45,742 nt of DNA from Hyphomicrobiales bacterium (lineage in GTDB: Bacteria > Pseudomonadota > Alphaproteobacteria > Rhizobiales > Beijerinckiaceae): NCBI GenBank assembly GCA_015655535.1, contig JAATEW010000036.1, positions 1-45,742 of the forward strand, written 5' to 3'. The position numbers and the translations under genes are program-made. Positions 10,653-20,179 of the stretch are shown in pieces. The first letter of the stretch is position 1; every line of letters begins with the position of its first letter. The notes below the pieces were generated by a model. It saw only the letters and a program-made list of their open reading frames with translations, was not told the origin of the DNA and did no database searches.

Positions 10653-11711
10653 TTATTCCGGCGCATCCTCGATCGGATCGAAGTGCTTCACGTCGAAGCC
10701 GAAGAGATCCCAGGTCTTTTGCATATGCGGCGGCAAAGGCGCTGTCACATCAATCGTGCCGCCCTTCGGATGCGGCAAGACGAGACGCCGCGCCAGGAGA
10801 TGCAGCTTGCGTTCGACCGCCTCCGGAATCGCATGCATCGGATCGTGCTTCGAGAGCGCATGTTTATCGGTGCCGCCGTATTTCGGATCGCCCACGATCG
10901 GATGGCCAATGGCTTCCGCATGCGCGCGCAATTGATGCGTGCGGCCGGTGATCGGCTTCATCGACAGCCAGGCGAGCCGCGGCGCGACCTTGTCGACCAC
11001 CGCATAGTAAGTGATGGAATGCTGCGCGTCCTCGTCGCCATGCTGGGCGATGCGCATTTTCTCCAAGCCCACGGGCGCTGAATCCTTCGCGCGTTTCGGA
11101 CGCACATCGCCCATGCCGTCGCCCTTCGCGAGAAAGAGCGAAATGCGGCCTTGCGCCGGTTTCGGCACGCCTTCGACCAGGGCCCAATAGACTTTCTGCG
11201 CCTGGCGAGAGCGGAAGATTTCGCCGAGATCGGCCGCCATCCGGCGGGTTTTCGCAACGAGCAGCACACCCGACGTATCGCGGTCGAGGCGATGCACGAG
11301 CACCGGACGATCACCATTCTCATTCGCCATCGAGGCGAGCATGCCGTCGAGATGGCGCGTCATGCCGGAGCCACCCTGCACCGCTAGCCCATATGGCTTG
11401 TTCAAGACCATCAGGTCGCGATCTTCAAAGAGGGTCATTTCGCGCAGCGCGCGCAGATCCTCCGTCGAGGCCTGGTGGATCGCAGGGCGCGGAACAGTGG
11501 GCGCGTCGAGCTTCAAAGGCGGCACGCGCACGGTCTGCCCGGCTTCGAGCCGTGTCGCGGTCTTGACGCGCGCGCCATCGACCCGGACCTGTCCGGTGCG
11601 CACGATTTTGTTCAGATGCGACAAGGACAATTCCGGCAGGCGCCGCTTGAACCAGCGGTCGAGCCGCATACCGGCTTCGTCTTCCGTGACTTTCAGGGCG
11701 GAAACGCTCAT
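10653..11711 (-). CDS. rluC: RluA-family 23S rRNA pseudouridine synthase with an S4 domain
   Basis: MRLDRW S4 domain, NKPYGLAVQGG, HRLDRDTSG catalytic motif, TGRTHQLRAH and PIVGDPKYG. Confidence 0.92.
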   Translation of the reverse strand: MSVSALKVTEDEAGMRLDRWFKRRLPELSLSHLNKIVRTGQVRVDGARVKTATRLEAGQTVRVPPLKLDAPTVPRPAIHQASTEDLRALREMTLFEDRDLMVLNKPYGLAVQGGSGMTRHLDGMLASMANENGDRPVLVHRLDRDTSGVLLVAKTRRMAADLGEIFRSRQAQKVYWALVEGVPKPAQGRISLFLAKGDGMGDVRPKRAKDSAPVGLEKMRIAQHGDEDAQHSITYYAVVDKVAPRLAWLSMKPITGRTHQLRAHAEAIGHPIVGDPKYGGTDKHALSKHDPMHAIPEAVERKLHLLARRLVLPHPKGGTIDVTAPLPPHMQKTWDLFGFDVKHFDPIEDAPE

Positions 11712-12091
11712 GTCAAAACCCGTACGAGCGCGAGGCCGGCGACGAGTCCGGCAAAGGAAAAGCCGGCTGTGCCGAACACGTAAAAGGCCGCCGCTGCATA
11801 GTCATGGCGCTCCCATAATAAGATTGTGTCGAGCGAAAAGGCCGAAAAGGTAGTGTAGCCGCCAATAATGCCCGTGGCGACGAAAAGCCTGACGTTCTGC
11901 GTCCAGGCTTCGCCCGCCCTGAAGGCGAGATAGCCCGCCACGACGCCCATGATGGTCGAGCCGGAAATATTGATGATAAAGGTTGCCCAGGGGAAATCGA
12001 GGCCGCAATAGCGGCCGCAGACCATATTGACGGAGAGCCGCAGCACGCCGCCAAGACCCGCGCCGACGAAAACCAAGAGATAAGGGAGCAT
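11708..12091 (-). CDS. crcB: Fluoride channel CrcB/Fluc
   Basis: GAGLGGVLR, FPWATFIINISGS and TGIIGGYTTFSAF; four TM segments; ATG at 12091. Confidence 0.93.
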   Translation of the reverse strand: MLPYLLVFVGAGLGGVLRLSVNMVCGRYCGLDFPWATFIINISGSTIMGVVAGYLAFRAGEAWTQNVRLFVATGIIGGYTTFSAFSLDTILLWERHDYAAAAFYVFGTAGFSFAGLVAGLALVRVLT

Positions 12092-12214
12092 GGGCAAGGC
12101 TATAGCCTGTTCGCGCGCGCTTGCACAGACTGCTCAGCAAGTGGAACCCGCGCCAAAACCGGGTTTTTGCCGTCCCTGCCCTTTGAGACAGTGCCTCGGC
12201 ACCAAACCTTGTGG

Positions 12215-12805
12215 TTAATCCGCCGCTTTCTGCTCCCGGCTGGCCGCCTCATAGACTTCATGCGCCGCGCCCGCATTGAGCGCGGTGATGAGAAGTCCGA
12301 TCCCCAAATCCGGCCAGGCCGAACGGGTCCAGGCGGTCAGGGCACCGCCAATGATGATCGTCGCGCTGGCGATCGTATCGTTGCGCGCTGAGAGGAACGC
12401 GGCCTTGGTCAGGCTCCCGCTATGGCGACGAAAGCGCGCCAGCAAAAAGGCGCAGGCGAGGTTGACCGCGAGTGCACCCAGGCCCGCGAGCGTCAGGATC
12501 AGCGGTTCGGGCTCGGCCGGGTCCTCGAATTTGCGCCAGGCCATCCAAAGTGCGGCCAGCGGCGGCAGAAGGATGATGCCGGCCATCACCTTGCCCAAGA
12601 GAGCCCGGCGCCGCGGCGGCCAGTTCACACCGCCGAGGATCAGGCCGTTGATCGCGGCATCTTCGAGATAGTCGGTCGAATCGGCAAAAAGCGAGACAGA
12701 TCCGATCACCAAGGCAGCGACGATCTGCACGCAAAAATACCCAAGATTGAGCGCGACGACGCCAATGAGGGTGCGGCGGAAGCTAAGAGAAACCGCGTGA
12801 TCCAT
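12215..12805 (-). CDS. Short CDF-type cation transporter (transmembrane domain only)
   Basis: SVSLFADSTDYLEDA, AFLSARND and WPDL; about six TM segments and no cytoplasmic C-terminal domain. Confidence 0.8.
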   Translation of the reverse strand: MDHAVSLSFRRTLIGVVALNLGYFCVQIVAALVIGSVSLFADSTDYLEDAAINGLILGGVNWPPRRRALLGKVMAGIILLPPLAALWMAWRKFEDPAEPEPLILTLAGLGALAVNLACAFLLARFRRHSGSLTKAAFLSARNDTIASATIIIGGALTAWTRSAWPDLGIGLLITALNAGAAHEVYEAASREQKAAD

Positions 12806-13529
12806 CGCCCTCCCCCTCCTCCTTTGCTTCGCCGCCGCCTGTCACCAAGGCTTGCAGCACGTCGCTTGCCATCGCGCGGGTGATGCGCTTCCCGCGCGAC
12901 AAGCCCTCGCGATCGAGCGCCGCCACGAAGCCGCGCGCCGCGTCGAGATCGCGGTCGAGCCGCAGGGCCGCATATTCGACCACATTCGTATCGACGATGA
13001 GCTGCCGGTCGACCAGCAATTTGACGAGCACGGCGCGCATCAGGGCATCGTCCGGGGCTTCGATCGAAACCCGCGCGGCGAGCCGCAGCCGCGACATCAG
13101 ATCGGCGGTGGCGAGCCCCCATTGTTCCGGCGCCTGCTGCGCGGTGATGAGCAGGCTCGCACCTTCCTGGCGCGTCAGATTCAAGAGATGAAACAGCGCT
13201 GCTTCATGGCCGTCGAGACGGTCGCCGTCTTCGATCAGAAGCGCCTTGTTTTGGGTGATGGCTGGAAGATCGGCGCAGGCAAGCGCCCCCGCCCGCAGCG
13301 CGAAGGCGCCGGCCCGCACCGCCCAGATCGCCGCCAAATGGCTTTTGCCGGCGCCGGGAGGCCCTAGAAGCAGCAGAACCGGGTCAGGCCATTGGGGCCA
13401 AAGCTCGATCATGCCATAGGCCTGCTCGTTGCTTTGCGAGACCAGAAAATCCTCGGCGCCGAAGCGAGGCTCGGACGCGAGTTCCAGGGTCAATTGATCG
13501 CTCGGCGGGCGCGGCCCCTTTGGCGGCAT
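12783..13529 (-). CDS. hdaA: DnaA regulatory inactivator HdaA
   Basis: QLTLEL clamp-binding motif, Walker A GPPGAGKS, LFHLLN and DLMSRL; downstream of the AI-2E permease. Confidence 0.9.
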   Translation of the reverse strand: MPPKGPRPPSDQLTLELASEPRFGAEDFLVSQSNEQAYGMIELWPQWPDPVLLLLGPPGAGKSHLAAIWAVRAGAFALRAGALACADLPAITQNKALLIEDGDRLDGHEAALFHLLNLTRQEGASLLITAQQAPEQWGLATADLMSRLRLAARVSIEAPDDALMRAVLVKLLVDRQLIVDTNVVEYAALRLDRDLDAARGFVAALDREGLSRGKRITRAMASDVLQALVTGGGEAKEEGEGDGSRGFS

Positions 13530-13532
13530 CGC

Positions 13533-14690
13533 TTAACTGTCCCCGTGGGGCTCGTGGGTGGAGGCGACGGCTTCGATCAGGATCGAGCCTTTCTCCGCCG
13601 TCGGCAGATTTGTATAAAGCGTGCTCAAACGATAGCGCCGCACCGCAAAGCGCAAAATGACTCCCGTCGCCGCCGCCAAAGGCACGGCGACGATGAGGCC
13701 GGTGAAGCCGAACAGGCTGCCGAAGGCGAGAAGCGCGAAGATCAGCCAGACCGGATGCAGCCCAACGGATTGCCCGACCAGTTTCGGCGACAGAATATTG
13801 CCTTCCAAAAATTGCCCGACGAGAAACACACCCACGGCGAAGGCGAGCAAATGCCAATTCGGCCAGCCTTGCACGATCGCGACGATGCAGGACACCACCA
13901 GGACCGTCAAAGACCCGACATAGGGAATGAAGCTCAAAAGGCCGCCTGTAATGCCGATCAGCAGGCCGAAATTGAGCCCGATGACCGACAGGCCGAGCCC
14001 GTACCAGAGGCCGAGAAAAAGACAGACAAGCGATTGCCCGCGCAGAAAGCCGGCCATGGCCGCGTCGACCTCGCGGGCAAGGCCGCGCACGACCTCGCGA
14101 TGGCGCAGCGGCACGAGGCCGTCGATGGTCGCGATCATCTTGTCCCAATCGAGAAGCATGTAAAAGGCGACGACCGGCGTCACGATGATGAGCGACAAGA
14201 GACTGACGAGCGCGGTGGTCCGGCTCCAAACCGAATTCAGAAAGGTCGCAGCCCAAGTCGCCGCCTGCGAGACAAGGTCGCTGCTGGGCGCGCGGCTGTC
14301 GCCGCCGGAGGGCAGCGACAGGCCGAGTTTTTCCAGCAAAGCGCCGCCATAGCCTTGCGTAAAATAGGAGCTTTGCTGCGCCAGCAGATCCTGGATTTTT
14401 TTCACATAGTCGGGGAAGGATTGAATCAGGGCCGCGAGCTGATGCCCGAGGATCGGAACCAGCAAAATGATGATCAAGGCGAGGATCAACACGAAGGCTG
14501 CGAGGATGATCAGTGTCGCACCGAGGCGGTTCAATCCCAGCCGCTCGAGCCGGTCGGCGACGGGATCGAGCAGATAGCCGAGACAGAAGGCGGCGGCGAA
14601 AGGCAGAAGGACGCCGCTAAACATCCAAAGAAAGAGAATCAGAAGCGCGAAAGCGGCGACCCAGAAACCGATCTGCCATTCGATCCGCAT
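13533..14690 (-). CDS. AI-2E family (PerM-like) transporter
   Basis: GYLLDPVADRLE, FIPYVG, LEGNILSPKLVGQSVGLHP and GLIVAVP. Confidence 0.92.
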   Translation of the reverse strand: MRIEWQIGFWVAAFALLILFLWMFSGVLLPFAAAFCLGYLLDPVADRLERLGLNRLGATLIILAAFVLILALIIILLVPILGHQLAALIQSFPDYVKKIQDLLAQQSSYFTQGYGGALLEKLGLSLPSGGDSRAPSSDLVSQAATWAATFLNSVWSRTTALVSLLSLIIVTPVVAFYMLLDWDKMIATIDGLVPLRHREVVRGLAREVDAAMAGFLRGQSLVCLFLGLWYGLGLSVIGLNFGLLIGITGGLLSFIPYVGSLTVLVVSCIVAIVQGWPNWHLLAFAVGVFLVGQFLEGNILSPKLVGQSVGLHPVWLIFALLAFGSLFGFTGLIVAVPLAAATGVILRFAVRRYRLSTLYTNLPTAEKGSILIEAVASTHEPHGDS

Positions 14691-14732
14691 CTCATGACCT
14701 TTCTCAACTCGAAGCTAAGCTGCAAATCTCTC

Positions 14733-14772
14733 TAGATCACGTTCATGACAAAGCGGAACCCGCTCTATCATG
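14733..14772. repeat. Partial TAGATCACGTTCATGA-type palindromic repeat
   Basis: TAGATCACGTTCATGACAAAGCGGAACCCGCTCTATCATG, abutting the next element. Confidence 0.5.
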
Positions 14773-14775
14773 TTC

Positions 14776-14880
14776 TAGATCATGAACTCATAAATGGGCG
14801 ACTTATACTCAAAGGTTGGGTGCGTCCCTTCTCCCTGTGGGAGAGGGTTTAACCGCCCAACTTTATGAGTTCATGCTCTA
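14776..14880. mobile_element. MITE-like element, about 105 bp, with ~25-bp terminal inverted repeats
   Basis: TAGATCATGAACTCATAAATGGGCG ... CGCCCAACTTTATGAGTTCATGCTCTA, with an internal REP-like hairpin CCCTTCTCCCTGTGGGAGAGGG. The right end supplies the TAG stop of the CDP-alcohol transferase gene. Confidence 0.65.
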
Positions 14881-15426
14881 AAGACCGATATGGCGTATCC
14901 ATCGCCATAAATAGGCGGCAAGCGAAGCAAGCGTCAAAGCCGCGACGAGGTAAAGCAAAATTTCGAACCAGCCGTTCAAGCCGAAGTCGAACGCCTTGGC
15001 GGCGAGAACCAGAGCCGCGAAGCCGATCTGCACCGTCGTATTGAGTTTCGAGATCAGCAGCGGTCTGATTTCGACGGGTTTGCCGATGAGCCATGACATG
15101 ACGATGGCGCCGATGATCATCAGGTCGCGGGCAACGACGATGATCGCCAACGGCGCCGGGATCACCTGGACAATGGCAAGCGCCACATAGATCGAGACGA
15201 GCAGTGCCTTGTCGGCGACGGGATCGAGAAAGGCGCCGAGCTCCGTCGTCAGGTTGAACGTCTTGGCGAGCCAGCTATCGACCGCGTCCGAAATTCCGGC
15301 GATCACGAAAATCAAAAAGGCTTCGGGCCAGCGCTGCGTGGCGATCATGGCGATCACCACGGGCACGAGAAAGAGCCTCGCGAGCGTGATCAGATTGGGC
15401 AGGCTGCCGATCCGCGAAAAGCTCAT
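14878..15426 (-). CDS. CDP-alcohol phosphatidyltransferase family protein (PgsA/cardiolipin synthase-like)
   Basis: LPNLITLAR and SDAVDSWLAK...GAFLDPVADK (DxxDG-like...DxxxD motif). Confidence 0.9.
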   Translation of the reverse strand: MSFSRIGSLPNLITLARLFLVPVVIAMIATQRWPEAFLIFVIAGISDAVDSWLAKTFNLTTELGAFLDPVADKALLVSIYVALAIVQVIPAPLAIIVVARDLMIIGAIVMSWLIGKPVEIRPLLISKLNTTVQIGFAALVLAAKAFDFGLNGWFEILLYLVAALTLASLAAYLWRWIRHIGL

Positions 15427-15490
15427 CCGGCTGCACGATAAAAAGAGGGCAATCGATCCATCTAATGCGCCGGTCTCCGGGTCTTACCGC

Positions 15491-15799
15491 CTATTGGTTC
15501 ATGCAAGCCTTGAACGGCGTGTCGTTGGTTTTCAGAGCCTTATGGGAATCGATGCAAAGCTGGACGATGGCGGCGCGCGTCTCGGGGCTTTCGGCGCTCG
15601 CCCTGGCGCTCATCGTCGATTCCATGATGGTCTTCTCGAAAGCCAGTTTTTCGGCGCCTGCCATGATTTGCAATCCACAGGCTTCATATTTGCTGAGAAA
15701 GGCGTCGCATTCGGGAATTCCGGTCGGATCGGCCGCGAGGGCCGGCAAGGAAACGCCGAGGCATAGCGGGAAAGCGACGATAATATGCAGCAAACGCAT
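15491..15799 (-). CDS. Small secreted four-Cys helical protein
   Basis: Signal peptide ending PALAA|DPTGIPECDAFLSKYEAC...QLC...AC; four mature Cys compatible with two disulfides. Confidence 0.7.
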   Translation of the reverse strand: MRLLHIIVAFPLCLGVSLPALAADPTGIPECDAFLSKYEACGLQIMAGAEKLAFEKTIMESTMSARASAESPETRAAIVQLCIDSHKALKTNDTPFKACMNQ

Positions 15800-15995
15800 T
15801 GAAACCACCCAGATATCGGATCAAGAGGCAAGGGATTAGGCCGCAGGCGCTCTTTTGGTCAAGTCTTGAGGCCTGTCTTGCCTTGGCGGAAGCAAGAGTC
15901 TAGAGCCTCTTTGGTCCGAAATTGCCGATATGGCAAAATATCGAGACGCTTTTTGCGGCCAGTTCCCGCAATTCTATGCTTAACGGCCAACCGGA

Positions 15996-17057
15996 ATGAC
16001 GCCAGACAAGGGTCTCACCTATGCCGATGCCGGCGTCGACATCGATGCCGGCAATGCCATGGTCGACAAGATCAAGCCTCTCGTGCGCGCCACGCGGCGT
16101 CCGGGCGCGGATGCCGAGATCGGCGGCTTCGGCGGCCTGTTCGATCTCAAGGCCGCGGGCTTTGCCGATCCGATCCTGGTCGGCGCGAATGATGGCGTCG
16201 GCACAAAGGTCAAGATCGCGATCGAAAGCGGGTTGCACGCGACGATCGGCATCGATCTCGTCGCCATGTGCGTCAACGACCTCATCGTGCAAGGCGCCGA
16301 GCCGCTTTTCTTCCTCGATTATTATGCGACCGGCAAACTCGATCCGGCCGTCGGCGCCGAGATCGTCGCAGGTATTGCGCGCGGCTGTATCGAGGCCGGC
16401 GCCGCTTTGATCGGCGGCGAGACGGCGGAAATGCCGGGGCTTTATACCGAAGGCGATTATGATCTCGCCGGCTTCGCCGTCGGCGCCGTCGAGCGCGGCG
16501 GCCTGCTGCCGAAGAACGTGGGGCTGGGAGATGTCGTCTTCGGCCTGCCCGCTTCCGGCGTTCATTCGAACGGCTTTTCGCTGGTGCGCAAGATCGTCGC
16601 CGCGAGCACGCTCAAATGGACCGACGAAGCACCTTTCGCAGCGGGACAGACGCTTGCGCAAGCTTTGCTGACGCCGACCCGGATCTATGTGAAGCCGCTG
16701 CTTCAGGCGCTCAAAGATACGGCCTCCATCAAGGCGCTGGCGCATATTACCGGCGGCGGTTTTGTCGATAATCTGCCGCGCATATTGCCGGACGGTTTCG
16801 GCATTACGCTCGATCTCGGCAGAATCGCTGTGCCCAACGTGTTTCGCTGGCTCGCGGCGAAAGGTGGCATTGCCGAGCCTGAAATGCTGCGGACTTTCAA
16901 TTGCGGGATCGGCATGGTCGTGGTCGCGGCGGCAGGCCAAAAATCCGACGTCGAGGCTGCACTGCGGCGCGCCGGAGAAGAGCCGATTTTATTCGGGGAG
17001 ATTGTTCAAGCGCGCGATGATCAACGCGTCTTCTTTTCAGGGCGGCTCGATCTTTGA
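15996..17057 (+). CDS. purM: Phosphoribosylformylglycinamidine cyclo-ligase
   Basis: [40 protein letters not shown] and TFNCGIG. Confidence 0.97.
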   Translation: MTPDKGLTYADAGVDIDAGNAMVDKIKPLVRATRRPGADAEIGGFGGLFDLKAAGFADPILVGANDGVGTKVKIAIESGLHATIGIDLVAMCVNDLIVQGAEPLFFLDYYATGKLDPAVGAEIVAGIARGCIEAGAALIGGETAEMPGLYTEGDYDLAGFAVGAVERGGLLPKNVGLGDVVFGLPASGVHSNGFSLVRKIVAASTLKWTDEAPFAAGQTLAQALLTPTRIYVKPLLQALKDTASIKALAHITGGGFVDNLPRILPDGFGITLDLGRIAVPNVFRWLAAKGGIAEPEMLRTFNCGIGMVVVAAAGQKSDVEAALRRAGEEPILFGEIVQARDDQRVFFSGRLDL

Positions 17058-17707
17058 ACCCCGACCGCAAGCGCACGGCGATCCTGATTTCCGGCCGCGG
17101 GTCGAATATGCGCAGCCTTGTCGAGGCCGCGCGCGACGCCTCGTTTCCCGCCGAAATCGTGCTCGTCTTGTCAAACCGGCCGGAGGCCGGCGGGTTGAGC
17201 TTTGCCAAGGAAGCGGGCATTGCGACGGCAGCCGTCGATCACAAGATCTATGCGGGGCGCGAGGAATTCGAACGCTCCATGCAGATTCTGCTCGAGCTTC
17301 ATCGCATCGAACTCATCTGCCTCGCGGGCTTCATGCGGATGCTGACGCCGGTCTTCGTCAACGCCTGGAGCGGCAGACTTCTTAATATCCACCCTGCCCT
17401 GCTGCCGGCTTATCGCGGGCTTGATACGCATCGGCGAGCGCTTGAAGACGGCGTGAAAATCCATGGCTGCACGGTGCATTTCGTTGCGCCGGCCATGGAC
17501 GAGGGGCCGATCATCGCGCAGGCGGCCGTTCCGGTGCTCGATGACGACACTGAGGAAACACTCGCTGCCCGTGTGCTCGAACAGGAGCATCTGATCTATC
17601 CGCAAGCGCTGGCCCTGATCGCCTCCGGCCATTATCGCATTGAGGGCAATCGTGTTCTGTCAGAGGAACCTGCACCGGAGCCGAAACCTCTACGCGTGCC
17701 GGGATAA
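17054..17707 (+). CDS. purN: Phosphoribosylglycinamide formyltransferase
   Basis: [29 protein letters not shown] and MDEGPII; 4-bp overlap with purM. Confidence 0.97.
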   Translation: MNPDRKRTAILISGRGSNMRSLVEAARDASFPAEIVLVLSNRPEAGGLSFAKEAGIATAAVDHKIYAGREEFERSMQILLELHRIELICLAGFMRMLTPVFVNAWSGRLLNIHPALLPAYRGLDTHRRALEDGVKIHGCTVHFVAPAMDEGPIIAQAAVPVLDDDTEETLAARVLEQEHLIYPQALALIASGHYRIEGNRVLSEEPAPEPKPLRVPG

Positions 17708-17726
17708 AAAGACTTCTTATTTTGGC

Positions 17727-17765
17727 GCATGACCTGATCCGAAAAGTCTGCAATTTTTCGGGTGT
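17727..17765. repeat. Degenerate copy of the 8966 repeat (GCATGACCTGATCCGAAAAGTCTGCAATTTTTCGG)
   Basis: Shares CCGAAAAGTCTGCAA-TTTTCGG with 8966-9008. Confidence 0.65.
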
Positions 17766-17776
17766 GTGGTCAGAGG

Positions 17777-17868
17777 ACCGTCATTGCGAGCGAAGCGAAG
17801 TAATCTAGGTGCAACGGCTTAAGAAGCGGCATGGATTGCTTCGTCGCTCTGCTCCTCGCAATGACGGT
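17777..17868. repeat. REP-like inverted pair ACCGTCATTGCGAG...CTCGCAATGACGGT
   Basis: 14-bp perfect outer inverted repeat with inner GCGAAGTAATC/GATTGCTTCG arms; lies between the convergent purN and ssuD. Confidence 0.8.
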
Positions 17869-17887
17869 TCGTTGATTGGTCCTGACC

Positions 17888-19072
17888 CTACGATGCCGAC
17901 ACGCGCACCGGCGGCACGATCGCATTGCCGACGACTTCGCCGAAGGGTCCGCGATTGGCGCTGGCCGTCTTCGGCGCATGGGTCGAGGCGGCAAGCGGCA
18001 AGAGCGGCAGAACAAGCTCGGCGAAGCGATAGGCCTCTTCGAGGTGCGGATAGCCCGACAGGATGAACGTGTCGATGCCGAGGCTCATATATTCTTTCAT
18101 GCGCGCCGCGACCGTCTCGGGATCGCCGACGAGCGCCGTCCCCGCCCCGCCGCGCGCGAGGCCGACGCCGGCCCAAAGGTTCGGCGAGATTTCGAGCTTG
18201 TCGCGGCGGCCGCCATGCAGCGCCGTCATGCGCCGTTGCCCGACCGAGTCGTAATTGGCGAAGGCCTGTTGTGCGGAGGCAATCGTCGCGTCGTCGAGAT
18301 GTTTGATGAGATCGTCCGCCGCGGCCCAGGCTTGCGCATTGGTTTCCCGCACGATCACATGCAGCCGGATGCCAAAACTGAGCGTCCGGCCTTGCTCCGC
18401 GGCTAGCTTGCGCATGGTCTCGATCTTTTCGCCGACCTGTTGCGGCGGCTCGCCCCAGGTCAGATATTTGTCGATGGTACGCGACGCGATCGTCTGTGCC
18501 ACGTCGGACGAGCCGCCGAAATAAAGCGGCGGCAGAGGCGTCTGATAGGGCGGATAGATCAAGCTGCCGTCTTCGACGTGAAGATGCTTGCCCTTCGCGC
18601 TGACCGTCTCGCCTTTGAGCAGGCGGATGTAGATATCGAGAAATTCGTCGGTGATTTCGTAGCGCTCGGCATGGTCGAGGAATATGCCATCGCCGCGATT
18701 TTCGACCGGGTCGCCTCCGGTGACGACATTGATCAGCAGCCTGCCCTTGGACATACGGTCGAGCGTCGCCGTCATCCGGGCAGCCAAAGTCGGCGACAGC
18801 AATCCCGGCCGCACGGCGACCAGAAACTTCAGCCGCTCGGTCAAGGCGATGAGGGATGCCGCCACGACCCAGGAATCCTCGCAGGAGCGGCCCGTCGGCA
18901 AAAGCACGCCGGCATAGCCAAGATCGTCCGCAGCCTGGGCAATCTGCGCCAAATAACGGTGCGTGACCTCGCGTGCGCCATATCCGGTCCCGAGATAGCG
19001 GCCGTCGCCATGGGTCGGCAGGAACCAGAGAACATCACAATTGGCGGCAGCCCGAGGATCGGAAAAAGACAT
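17888..19072 (-). CDS. ssuD: FMNH2-dependent alkanesulfonate monooxygenase
   Basis: [53 protein letters not shown] and [10 protein letters not shown]. Confidence 0.97.
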   Translation of the reverse strand: MSFSDPRAAANCDVLWFLPTHGDGRYLGTGYGAREVTHRYLAQIAQAADDLGYAGVLLPTGRSCEDSWVVAASLIALTERLKFLVAVRPGLLSPTLAARMTATLDRMSKGRLLINVVTGGDPVENRGDGIFLDHAERYEITDEFLDIYIRLLKGETVSAKGKHLHVEDGSLIYPPYQTPLPPLYFGGSSDVAQTIASRTIDKYLTWGEPPQQVGEKIETMRKLAAEQGRTLSFGIRLHVIVRETNAQAWAAADDLIKHLDDATIASAQQAFANYDSVGQRRMTALHGGRRDKLEISPNLWAGVGLARGGAGTALVGDPETVAARMKEYMSLGIDTFILSGYPHLEEAYRFAELVLPLLPLAASTHAPKTASANRGPFGEVVGNAIVPPVRVSAS

Positions 19073-19119
19073 GGCAGAACTCCCCTATGCGCAGAAGGAT
19101 ATGTCACAAGCGCGTTAAG

Positions 19120-19150
19120 TTGACAATATCTATGAACTATAGGAATTTAC
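19120..19150. promoter_or_regulatory. Divergent ssuD/ssuA control region: TTGACA followed by a CTAT-N5-ATAG dyad
   Basis: AT-rich intergenic stretch TTGACAATATCTATGAACTATAGGAATTTAC with a perfect -35 hexamer and an inverted repeat in the spacer. Confidence 0.45.
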
Positions 19151-19179
19151 TTTGATTCAGGTCAAAAATGGGTGTCTTC

Positions 19180-20133
19180 ATGCTGCGTCGGCAGGTCTTG
19201 CAAATCCTCGGCTCGGCTTTTGTGTCGTCTACGCTCGCCGGTGCCGGGCCAGGTTTGGCCGGCGACGTGAAGGGAATCCGCATCGGCTATCAAAAGGCCG
19301 GCATTTCCACCATTGTGAAACAAAGACAGACGCTGGAAGCCGCCTTCAAGTCTCAGGGCATTGGCATCGAGTGGGTGGAATTCGCTTTCGGACCGCCGAT
19401 CCTCGAAGGCATCAATACTGGCAATCTCGATTTCGGATTTACCGGCGACACGCCGCCGATTTTCGCGCAGGCGGCCGCGGCAAATCTCGTTTATGCGGCG
19501 ACGCTACCTGACCATTATGCCGAGGGCATCGTCGTTCAGGAAACCTCGCCGATCAAATCCCTGGCCGATCTGAAAGGCAAAAAAGTCGGCTTCGGCAAGG
19601 CCTCGAGCGCTCACGCGACATTGCTCTACGCCTTGGAAAAAGCCGGCCTCGCCTATTCCGATATCGAGCCCATCTATCTCGCGCCGGCGGACGCGCTCGC
19701 GGCTTTCGCGCGCGGCAGCATCGACGCCTGGTCGATCTGGGACCCCTATTTGGCGATCGCCCAGACCGGCAAGGTACGCGTGCTCGCCTATGCGAGCGAT
19801 GTACGGCAGCCGAATACTTTCTTCCTCGCCAACAAGGCCTTCGCCTCAAATAACCCCACGCTTTTATCCAAGCTTCTCGATGTCATCGCGGCCGACGTCC
19901 ACTGGACGGGCGAACATCATGCCGAAGCGGCGCAAGCGATCCACGATGCAAGCGGCATAGATCTTCAAGCCATCCGCAACACCATCGATCGATCGCATTT
20001 TGTCGTCAGGCCGACGACGGAAGCCGATGCCGCGAGTCAGCAAAACACCGCCGACCGTTTCTTGAAGATCGGCCTTTTGCCGAAGCCCATCAAGGTCAGC
20101 GACATCGTCTGGACATGGACCCCTTCGACCTGA
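19180..20133 (+). CDS. ssuA: Aliphatic sulfonate ABC transporter substrate-binding protein (copy 1)
   Basis: IRIGYQK, EFAFGPPILE, GDTPP, KASSAH and DAWSIWDPY; twin-Arg leader RRQVL. Alternative start 19168. Confidence 0.9.
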   Translation: MLRRQVLQILGSAFVSSTLAGAGPGLAGDVKGIRIGYQKAGISTIVKQRQTLEAAFKSQGIGIEWVEFAFGPPILEGINTGNLDFGFTGDTPPIFAQAAAANLVYAATLPDHYAEGIVVQETSPIKSLADLKGKKVGFGKASSAHATLLYALEKAGLAYSDIEPIYLAPADALAAFARGSIDAWSIWDPYLAIAQTGKVRVLAYASDVRQPNTFFLANKAFASNNPTLLSKLLDVIAADVHWTGEHHAEAAQAIHDASGIDLQAIRNTIDRSHFVVRPTTEADAASQQNTADRFLKIGLLPKPIKVSDIVWTWTPST

Positions 20134-20179
20134 GCCAGCCTCCATCGATTGCGTTTCGGTCAAATAATTAGGTGCCACT

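Noticed and set aside
12092-12214. Fluoride riboswitch upstream of crcB
   Set aside because: I could not find the GGCGATGG...GCTGATGAC-like core, and a promoter-like element abuts the start codon.
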